Below, one piece after another: positions 35,520 to 45,608 of a stretch of 64,000 bases of DNA. This DNA is from Perkinsela sp. CCAP 1560/9. Its lineage: Eukaryota > Protista > Euglenozoa: Kinetoplastea. The notes beneath the pieces are model-generated. The model was not told where the DNA came from. It saw only the letters and a list, made by a program, of their open reading frames with translations, and did no database searches. The DNA is taken from positions 9,001 to 73,000 of the forward strand of contig CBFFSA010000043.1 in NCBI GenBank assembly GCA_965644495.1, in the 5' to 3' direction. A program made the translations under genes and the position numbers. Within the stretch, counting starts at the first letter, position 1; every line of letters starts with the position of its first letter.

Positions 35520-38296
35520 GCCATCTTATCGATTGACCTTAAGAACGCCTTCAACTCCCCATCACGGGACGAGATTGCCAGAGCAGTCTTTGGATTCCAC
35601 AGCCTACGTCCATTCTTACGCCTCTTCAATGCGGAGTACGGGTCTCCATCCGAGCTGCTTTACTATGGAAAAGATGGCCGACTTTGCAACACTGTAATGA
35701 GCGCTGCTGGCGTGCGCCAAGGGTCCCCCTTATCCACTATCTTGTTCTGCGCTTTTCTTCAACCAATCTTGGAAACAATCGCGTCCGAATTTCCCACGCT
35801 ACGTATTTATGCATTCGTTGATGACATCAATTTTGCATCGACTGACGCAGAAATGGTATCCAATGCATTCTTACGGCTTAAGGAACTGTTGACGTCGAAA
35901 CGCGTAGAGACTTCCTCCAGTAAATGTATTTGGTTCGAGGGAATCAATCATATCCCTTTGCCGCATCAGTTAATGCAGGAAGGTGTAAACTGGGAGCCAG
36001 GCGCCACAAAGGTTCTAGGAGCATTCGTGGGCGACAGTCATCTGGTCAGCGAAAAACTCGTTCAGATGCTTCAAAAACACCGTACAGCATTCCGACGTCT
36101 TCAGCAAATGGGGGCAAACAATGTTTCTGTTCTTTTGCTTTCCAAGTGCATTAATGTACGCCACCGATATCATATCCGCGTACATCATCCGGAAAATCAT
36201 CGGAGCTCACGAGACAATTTGACGGAGAAGTTTCCAACACTCTTTCCTCATGGTTTGGCGGACTAACAGAAAAACAAATCTCATGGACACGGCTTCCTCT
36301 TAAGAAAGGCGGGTTAGGTATCACTCCTTCCGAACCAATTAGGGAAGCAGCGTATACTAAATCCAAGCAAATGGCAACGGAGCGACCAATATATCTTTCA
36401 GCTCCCGCCCCTTGCACGGGTTTGGCCACGCAGCTAACTACTCAGCCAAATCATAATAACCCTTCCGCCGATGATTGATTGATTGAAAAAAGGCAATATA
36501 TCTCCGAGGAGATGTTACCTCCCTAGGACAAGCCCCCCCTTATCGCTTGCTAGGAGCTGTGCCACGCAGCACGCAAGTCAAATCCGAAGATTTGACCAGA
36601 TCGAGCGCGAGCAGCCAGCTTATCTTTTTTAACCCCTTTTATATACTACAAGAAAATATTTAGAAGTCTACGCATGGAAATTTAACCGAGGGGCTAATAT
36701 CGGGTCAAATGCCCCGGAAGGGGGTTATAATTTTCATTGTTCTTTTCCCCGAAAGGGGGTTGTAATTGAATCATGTATAAAAGCTACAATATGTATTCTG
36801 AAAATTTACATATTTACTGATTACTTACTTGTAGAATCCTTTTCCTTTACGCGTTTTTTGTCCCACCCACCAAACCCCCATCCTATAGCCGCCGGGTTTG
36901 GCGGGTGCAACCCGCTAACATAGTGATATATTATAAATTTATATTGTTTGTTTTGAAAGGCCTATTTTGTCAAGATGATGTAGAAGCTACATACGTTTCA
37001 ATTTGCTTTTCATGTATATGATATGAATAGGTGAACTCATGTGAAAATAAATTATTATTTCATCTTTATAGTTATTTTCTTTTATGTCCTGTGCGGCCCC
37101 TCGGTGTGGATTTCCTTTATGAAAAACACTTCTTTTGAAGTGAAAAACACAACACACTCCAAAGATTATGCTGGATGACACCCACCCTAGTTCCTTAGTA
37201 CCTTGTTATATCCGGTACCGGGCGGTGTCATTCTCACGCTGCAATGTCTGGGTGACCGTTACCCTAGTTATTTTGTGCCTTGTTTTGCTGGCACCGGGTA
37301 GTGTCACCCGCGGGGCCCTGATCGTACCCACCCTAGGCATGTAGCGTCTTGTTATGCGACGCCGGGTGAGTTAGCTAGGGAAGCTGGGGTCGCTACGCCC
37401 CATCATCCGACAAAAGCCGAATGCCCTGACTTTCCGCCGATGAGCCAACAACAGAAGACCTGCACCACAAATACATACGCGACAAATTGATGGAAGAACC
37501 ATGCCAAGCCGACATATTACGAGCTACAAGTGCTAAAGGAAGTTACACGTGGCTGGCCTCCTCCACCAGATTAGTGCCCAGCAGACTATTCACCCTTGCG
37601 GTAATGCCCCGTTTTGGACTGGCACATCCCAGACTCCCTGCACACCTACAGTGCCCCGGGTGTCACACCTTGCTGACTTCCGAGAACGCTATTTCCCACG
37701 TGGCTGGATGCTCGACTTGCACTGGTAACAACGCGACAACGAAGCACAACAAAATGGTCCACAGACTGTATGAATTATGCATCAAAGCAGGCATTCCTTT
37801 TGAACGAGAACCCCGGCAGTTCTCTACGTACACGTGTGTCAAATGTGGAGCTCATCTGGATGGGGATTCTAAACCATCACACCAAAGGATCTGCGGATCA
37901 GGATCTTTTCACCACTCAGGGCCGGATCTAGTTATTCACTGGGCCGACGGAGACGTATTCTACGACTTCACCATTGTGCATGAACTATGTCCTTCGAATT
38001 TAACGCGAGGCGGCACAATCCTTATGAGGGACGCCATTAAACGGAAGAACAAGACGTACGTAGCCTCAAAACTGCTCCCCCAAATCCAATTTCAGTGCAT
38101 ACCGATGCTTGCAGGAGGAGCTATGCACGCTAACACAAAGAACCTGCTTCTCGCTTTAGCCGACGCGTGTGGATTAGCGCGGGATTACGTGATCCAAGAT
38201 TTTACACTTCGATTACAAGAATTCAACGGATCGGTTGTTCTCTCGCAACTTGGCAAATTTCTAGTGCCGCAGAGCCGAGAAGATACGGCGATTTAA
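35520..38296 (+). pseudogene. Family B copy with a frameshift (~36200) and SINE insertion
   Basis: DLKNAFN, GVRQGSPLS and FVDD. The RLE is in ORF 37487..38296. Confidence 0.85.
36475..37431 (-). mobile_element. Structured SINE-like retroposon with (TCAA)n tail and 12-bp TSD, containing a nested 454-bp solo repeat (36661-37114)
   Basis: TSD TTCCGCCGATGA at 36463-36474 and 37432-37443. Tail reads TTGATTGATTGA on the plus strand. The 5' end TCAGGGCAT.CGGCTT.TGTCGGATGATGGG is shared with 33177-33217. Confidence 0.78.
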
Positions 38297-38561
38297 TCAA
38301 CCATTCTTTATTAATTATGAAAACTTGAGAAAGTAATTTTGGTTCCGGCTCAACACACGAGAGAAAATCATATTATTCATTATCTGAAAAGACCGGTCAT
38401 ATTATGTAACTTTATGGTAATTGATAAGAAAATGCGATTTTTTTTAAGTCATACACCTGCGGAAAGTAAAAAAAAAAAAATGAAGATTTGGAACGCGCGA
38501 ATGAATTGGGCATAAATTGCTTCTTTTTATTATTATTGTTATCAAAATCATAGAAAAAAAA

Positions 38562-38622
38562 AATCTTTAACGATAAAGTTAAAAATCTTTAACGATAAAG
38601 ATACAGTTTCTGTACCTTGTTG
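38562..38622 (+). other. Complete SL exon (38584-38622) preceded by a 17-nt partial SL duplicate
   Basis: AATCTTTAACGATAAAG-TTAAA-AATCTTTAACGATAAAGATACAG... Confidence 0.9.
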
Positions 38623-38658
38623 AATTATTTTCTTTTCTTTATCTCACTCTTACGCCCC

Positions 38659-41600
38659 ATGGTTGTTTTAACTCGATCTAAGGCGAAGCAGGTCTCGAAC
38701 TTCGAGCGCGAGGTGAAAGCACACACACTCGGCTGCTGGGACCAATTCGACGCAAACAAGGACCTTGTTGAAGGCAAGAGTACGTACCATGTAGACTTAT
38801 ACACTACACCCCTCCCACCTAATCCTTCAGCTGAATCTTTACGGCGAGCGGACGAGATTGCACTCAGCATTACGAACTCTGTGGAAGGTGAGACCCCAGA
38901 TACAGGGCAACAGCAGACAAGCACGGAAGAGGAACTTTTCTCCAGCGTCCGTCCAACTGAGGACTTCGAATTCCAGTTTGCGGGAGCAGAATCTTCTTCA
39001 CTCAGCCTATCAAAAACCACAAATAAGGCTGTGAAGGAGAGGTGCGAACGACATATCCGGAGGTCATACGACAACGAATATAATTACGAAAAAGATAAAT
39101 TGCTCTTCCCCGATCTCACTCCTGAAGACCTTACTGTGTCTGTGAATGGATGCGGAAAAGGACGGAAAAAGAAGAAGCGACCCAAGAGCATCTCCCTTTC
39201 CCAATTGTGTGCTGAGTCCGGGGCCGACAGCGACGACCGTGACACCGCACAATCAAGTTCCAACTCCCCTAGGCCATACACTCCTGAGGCTGAAAGTGAC
39301 AGCAATCTGTCTGCGGCATCATCTCCGAAAAAACCGGACACAAAGCCCCATGCGGACACTTCAGTAAGTCTCAAGCGACACCGACGCCCATTAACCTCCC
39401 GAAACGCCGAGTCATCTAAAAGCACGCCCGCCCCCATTATTAGCACACCAAGTCGGCCCAGGAAATGCCCCTTGGATTCATGTACCTGGGAAACAGGGCC
39501 GCACGGCGATCAATGGCAAGCCTTTTACAACCACGTGGCTAACAGACATGGGGAAGAAGTGGCGGAATCATGGTGGACAGAGGAGGGAAGATTCCTATGC
39601 CCGGGTTGCAAAAAGCACTACTCCATGCGCAAGCAAGCAACACACAAGATGCACTGCAGGTTTCGCACGCCGTCACCCAAACCTTCGCATGGTTACTCCG
39701 CTGGCTCCAAAGATTACCCCGTCCCGCCCCCAAATTCCGTTACTGAGCACCACCCTGAGCAGCAGCTTAGCGAGAACACTATGCAAGGCGCCCCAACAGT
39801 GGAAGATCTGCCGTCCCTATCATCAGTATGCGCCTTGTCCGTCAATACCTGCAAAAATATCCCAAACAGCTGTAAGCCTGAATGGGCGAAAACACTTACC
39901 GAATGCATGGCGGCGGCCGTACGTGACAACACCATCGAGGCTTGGACCCTGCTGGCTATGTTACCTAAATGTGTAATTCCAGCACCACGACGCGGCGGGG
40001 ACAAGGGTAAAGCCTCATACGCCTCCCACGTCCGCAAATGCCTTTCCAGATGGAAGAACAAGGAATTTCTACCACTTTGGAACGAGGCCTTGTCAAGCCT
40101 GAAGCGTAAGCGGAAAAGTTCTCCACAGGCTCAGAGCATTGAAGAGGAGGATCAGAAAGCTGCGCTCCGAGCAGTACGCCTCGTGCGAGATGGTGAACTT
40201 TCCCGCGCAATGACTGCGTTGACATCCGAACCACTTGCCCCAAACGATGACACGACTTATCAAAAGCTCCAGGCGAAACACCCGTCTCGACTTCTGGGTC
40301 CAAGTCCGATTACCACGCCTTCTTTGTAAAAGTTTACGGATTGAAATTCAGGAGGGATTATATTTGAATAGGGTTTGTTAATAATTATGTACGTGTATGA
40401 ACTGTATGCATTTTCGCGTGAAATTGATTTTATTCTTATGTGACTGTATTAGTGACTATTCTATTTGGGTAAAGCTTCACTCGTTTTCGCAGGGTTGGTT
40501 GGCTGCGAGCTGAGGGGATGGGTCTTCCCGTTCACAAGTTACTTTGATTATGGAATTCCGGAATATTGTTTCAAACTGTGCTGATGTGATGAGACTTGTA
40601 CTCTTTGAGAAACTGATCTACATGTATGACGATTTCAATGAATTTTCGTTATGTTCTATTTCCAGTTCTATTTCTTCTTAATATATCTTTTCATATTCTT
40701 TGTTAATGTACGTGAAAGCACGAACTGGATTTCGATATTAAACCGATCACCGCAACCGAAGAGGACATCATTACGGCGCTTTCCAGCTTTCACCGCGGTT
40801 CCTCAGGGGGAGCTCTCGGACTTCGGCCTGAGCACCTACAAGTAGCAGTGCAATTCCATCACGACGCCAGGACAGATCCGCTCGGTACGCTCACGAAACT
40901 TATTAGTCATATGCTAGCGGGCAAAGTACCACTTGAAGTCCAACACTGCTTCGCCGGCGGACGCTTATGTGCCTTACACAAGGGTCAGGGTGATGTCCGC
41001 CCCATTGCCGCAGGGGAAACCTTCCGCCGACTAGCGAGCAAGATAGGATGTCTGTCTGCAAAGGCTAAATCCAGAACGCTCTTCAAAGATCAACAATATG
41101 GAGTGGCGACGCCCGCAGGAGCCGAACGTGTTATCCACATTTGCAGGCGCCTGGTTGCGCACCACATCAATAACGAGGATTTTGTGCTATGCAAGGTTGA
41201 CCTTCGCAACGCTTTCAATCACATTTCAAGAAATAGCTTTATGGCCTTGACGCGGCATCATTTCCCTGAGTTGAGCCCGTTCGTGGAATGGTGCTACAGT
41301 TCGGACAGTAACCTGACATTCGGCGCACGTGTAGTTCAATCCTCTGAAGGCGTACAACAAGGAGACCCGCTCGGACCCCTTTTGTTCTCGCTCGTCATGA
41401 GAGAAATGGCCGCAGAACTTAAGGCCGGAGCTCCTGATCTTCATCTCAATCTCTGGTACCTTGATGATGGCGTCCTTGCAGGCCAGGCTTCTGATGTACG
41501 TCACGCACTAGATATCATCGAAATTGGAGGGCCAAAGTGGGGTCTGAACCTCAATCCGTCCAAGTGCGAAATAATCACACACCCTTCCTCATCTCATCAA

Positions 41601-43079
41601 ACTACCCACTTTCCTGACATTCCCGGGCTCAACATCAACATGGAAGGTAATCTGAGCATCTTGGAAAGCCCCATCGGATCTACGACGTACAGCCGTCAGT
41701 TCCTCCTCGACAGCGCGATTTCCCAGGCGGAGGAATCCCTTGAAGCGATCGAGAAACTGGAGGACCCTCAGGTCGCTTTCTCTCTCATCCGACAGTGCAC
41801 AGGGTTTTGCCAGATGGTTTACTCCCTTCGCACGACGCCGACGGACGAACTACTGGACTTATGTCGCAGACTCGACAACGCCGTTCAGCGTACGGTTGAA
41901 ACGTTTTGTCGCCCACTGAGTGACATGGCTCGACGACAAGCACAAAGAAATAAACAGTTCGGCGGTCTCGGCCTTCGCTCAGCGGAAATGCATGCCACCT
42001 CAGCGTACGTAGCTTCAGTAGCTTTCGCTTCCGACAAGGATCGATGGGATGCAAATGAGGCTGAGGGCTTTTCTTACGCCGTGGAGGACATTAACCGGCG
42101 TGTAGGGGGGTGTATGGTGGACAAATCTACCGGGAAAATCCACAAGGACTCCGTCATAAAGAGATGCCCCTTCTCGCCCTCCCCCGATATTGACCTTTCT
42201 CAAGATTTGGCGATTCCTCGACAACGCGATCTCAGTCATGCGATTTCAGCGAGAGACTTTGAGGAAGATTACGCAAGAGCGGATCCCCGCACTCGGGCTA
42301 GGTGGCTCTCACAAACGGGCGACGGGGCATCCAACTGGGCCTTCACGGTTCCCTCAACTCTCTGCGGTCATGCCTACACCCCTACTGAATTTCGGACTCT
42401 GATTCGTTGGTGGCTCGGGGAGAGTATATACCCTCAAGGTCACAACTGCCCGATTCCGAATTGTCGCCTCCCACTCGGCCCTGGGGGGGACCATGCGCTA
42501 GCCTGCAAGTGCGGCCACGGAATCATTACAAGGCACAACGCCCTAGCGGAACAGTTCTCCGCTGAATGCAGCAAGGCCGGGTTGAGCCCACAGAGAGAAG
42601 TCTCTCTGGGAAACAGGGGTCCGGGCGGCGCCCTCACGCGACCCGCAGATGTCTATGTCCGGAACGGTGGTCTCGGTCAGGCCCTCGTCCTTGATTTCGC
42701 TGTCACACATGTTCAGCAACAAAAGTATACGGACCTGGTCCGTGATGCTAACATGGTGGCAGCCGGGTCATTCGCCGAGAGGTACGCCGTCGAACACAAG
42801 CGGAAGCAACGGGAGGAAGCTGAAGAAGCGAAGACCAAGTTCACAGCTATGGCTGTCGAAACATACGGATGCTGGAGTCCGGCCGCTATGTCGGTCTTGC
42901 GGGAAGTCTCGAAAGGCCAAGCTGCGACAGGTGGAACACTTTCGCAAGGGGGGGCGTTACAGCAAATACTAACAAGTCTGAACGTCACCCTCATGCGCTC
43001 CCAGGCGCGTATGCTCGTTCTTCGCCTCCCCTCGGCGAACACAGGCCCTGCACTTGTGGGGTATGGCAAAGAAGAGTAA
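38659..43079 (+). mobile_element. Full-length family A element, ORF split by a 407-bp insertion (40327-40733)
   Basis: LsmAD-like WDQFDAN..EEELFSSVR and Zn fingers. Removing the insertion gives TTPSL|DIKPITATEED in frame. WYLDD and RLE follow. Poly(A) at 43443. Confidence 0.92.
40327..40733 (+). mobile_element. TSD-less solo-repeat-type insertion
   Basis: Starts TAAAAGTTTACG..GAAATTCA and ends CTGGATTTC. Confidence 0.72.
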
Positions 43080-43095
43080 GGAAAACTTCTGGCCT

Positions 43096-43328
43096 GGATG
43101 TTGGTCGAGTCGACAGAGTCTATGCTCACGCCTAGCCCGCGAGGGCTAGGTACCCCAAGTGAGGTAGTACACGGGTAGTGAATCTCCTCCCCGTCGGCCA
43201 GCATCCTGTTTCGCGACCGTGTCGCTGTCGACACAGGCCCGCGCCTGCGCCCTCCCATATAGCAAGGGAAGGGTTCACAAGTCAGGCCGTGGAGAGGTCG
43301 AAAGACCCGGTCCGGAACGCGCGAATGG
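43096..43328 (+). ncRNA. Conserved structured 3'-UTR RNA module, variant B
   Basis: 13-bp P1 GGATGTTGGTCGA/TCGGCCAGCATCC, CCTAGCCC-GCGA-GGGCTAGG and GGTC-GAAA-GACC. Copies at 10990-11225, 55274-55507, 56526-56758 and 57895-58127. Confidence 0.78.
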
Positions 43329-43680
43329 ATTGGGCGTGGATTGCTTGTTTTTATTATTATTGTTATTATTGTTATTATACTTACGGGAGATCGAATTGCT
43401 AGTTTTGGGCTCCAAAATATGAAATTGCTAATTTTATTGCTTAAAAAAAAAAAAAACTATAATTCGACACCGGGTTAAGCGATCTCGGACGGTCTCAGTC
43501 ACATCTCCATTTATGACATAAAAAAAAACGTTGTCTTAATAAAAAACGTTGTCTTAATAAAAAAAATAAAATTAATTACGATATGAAATTTAGGATACTA
43601 TAACTGAAGTTCTAATTTTTTTGTGGATGGGGGGTATTGCACGTCCTTTCCCAAGCATATTCTTTTTTTCTTTTTCTTTT

Positions 43681-43765
43681 AAAAAGGTGTTCTTATAAAA
43701 AAGGTGTTCTTATAAAAAAGGTGTTCTTATAAAAAAGGTGTTCTTATAAAAAAGGTGTTCTTATT
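43681..43765. repeat. 17-bp tandem repeat (AAAAAGGTGTTCTTATA)x5
   Basis: Direct reading of the sequence. Confidence 0.9.
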
Positions 43766-43859
43766 TTATTTTTTTATTTTTTTGACTTTCTCACTTACTT
43801 TCCTACTTGCTCAACTTCTTTCCCTCACTTCCCCCCATTTTGAAAACGAGCAAAATATA

Positions 43860-45202
43860 AACCCCGCGTCATGAAAAGTGACCCCCCACTTTTTTTTCGT
43901 ACAAGTGTCCGTTTGAGCTGATCTTTGTTGCATTTTGGAGATCTCAACACAAGGACTTTGCGCGTGAAGAAATGAAACAAAAAGAAGCGAATACGTATAT
44001 TTTATTGAGGAATTACCATTTTTTCACCTTTTCGATCTTATACTTTCAATCTTATACACTCCTTAAGGCGTGAGTCAAAGCTTAAGACCGTTTTGTCGAT
44101 CACATTTTGAGACAAGCGAGACCACGCTTTGCGTACACATCGGATGAGTGAAGGCTTATCCGATGGGGTTTGTTCGTCCACCGCCCCTCGGACCATAGAC
44201 CAGACGTTTTCTATTGGGGAAAGATCTGGTGAGTTGGGGGGCCAATTTTTCAGAAGTTCACTCACTGCGCTTTCAATGTACTCCTTTGAGGCACGAGCAG
44301 TGTGTGCCGTTGCCCCATCTTGCTGAAAAATACGATTAGGGGGGAAATCTACCTCTTTTAATGTTTCTATGTACGTCTCACTTGTAATAGATGTGTCATT
44401 TTGTAGAATTACCAAGTACCTCCACCCCACCCCTACAGCACCCCAAACTTGGCATCTTGGTGCCCAACGTACTTTTTGACGCGGGGCTGCTTTTTGACCG
44501 CGCCTTACCCACACTTTTCTTCTGCCATCATTAGTATCAAATATTTTTTCGTCTGTAAAGATGACACGGGAAGTATCCATATTGTAATTCAACGCAAATT
44601 GAACTCTTTTTACTTTTGTCGTTCGGTAAGCCCTTGGCATAGCGGTCGAGCGGCACAACTGTAATCCAGGGATGATAAGTCTCTCTGTACAGTTCTTTTT
44701 GAAACTTGTATATTCTTTTTCTTCAATTGGGCTGCTATGCGCCTTGATGAATTAAGTCTCGGTACTCCAGCGGGGTCAAGAGGGGTTATCTTTTCAATTT
44801 TCGTTTTACGAGTTTTCATTATTTTTTTTCGCTCAGGACTCAAAGTGTATACTGGGGTAGTTTTTTTTTTTCGTTCAAATATTTTTTAACTATCCTTCTA
44901 GAAACGTTGAAATCACGGGTTAGCTCTTTTATTGGTACTCCTTCTCCGTGCCTCATCTTTAAAAGAACATTTCCACTAGAAGTCAGCCCCCCTCTTGGGA
45001 GTCGATATGGTGATTTTGGCATTTTTGAAAAAAAAGTTGAAAAAATTAATTTTTTTTTACTGAATTTTAAAGTTTTAAAATGAGCTAAAAACAGCGGGAA
45101 CGTACAGATCTCAAAATTTTGAACGACAACGTGGTATGATAACCCCCCCACGACCCCCTGTGCTAAAAATAAGGGGGGGTCACTTATTGGTGACGCGGGG
45201 TT
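43860..45202 (-). mobile_element. Tc1/mariner-superfamily DNA transposon inserted in a CRE 3' UTR
   Basis: Imperfect ~28-bp TIRs AACCCCGCGTCA...AAGTGACCCCCC with TA flanks. The UTR sequence CAAAATATA|..ACTAG is split by the element. Confidence 0.9.
44038..45022 (-). pseudogene. Tc1-like DD35E transposase with two frameshifts in A homopolymers
   Basis: MPKSP.. HTH region, VSKRTVQRDL, IFTDEK, FQQDGATAH and WPPNSPDLSPIENVW. Frameshifts at ~44865 and ~44612. Confidence 0.88.
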
Positions 45203-45608
45203 TATAACTAGCAAATACATGCTTTCCCATCTTACCCACTTCCCCTTACCAATCTTACCAGCTTTCCAGGGAGGGTAAGGTCTCCCTCGGCTAGGAGGGG
45301 CAGACTTTCCCCGAACCATTCGGGCGTTCCGGACCGGGTCTTTCGACCTCTCCCAGCTTGCCTTGTTAACCCTTCTCTTGTTGTACGAGAGGGCGCAAGC
45401 AATGGGCCTGTGCCGACAGCGGCACGGTCGCGGAGCATGATGCTGGCCGACGGGGAGGAACAAAGTTCCCTACCCATGTCCTACCTCACTTGGAGTACCT
45501 AGCCCTGGCGGACTAGGCGTGAGCATAGACCCTGCCGGCATCGACCAGCATCCGGACCAGCTGTTCGAGTTCCGGCTGAGCGGTCCATCTTGCACATCCG
45601 TCATCGTG

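Noticed and set aside
43096-43328. SRP RNA, RNase P, tRNA, hammerhead or HDV ribozyme identity for the 3' RNA
   Set aside because: Only short coincidental similarities were seen. I could not build the SRP helix-8 AGCAG, a CUGANGA core, a cloverleaf or an HDV double pseudoknot by eye.
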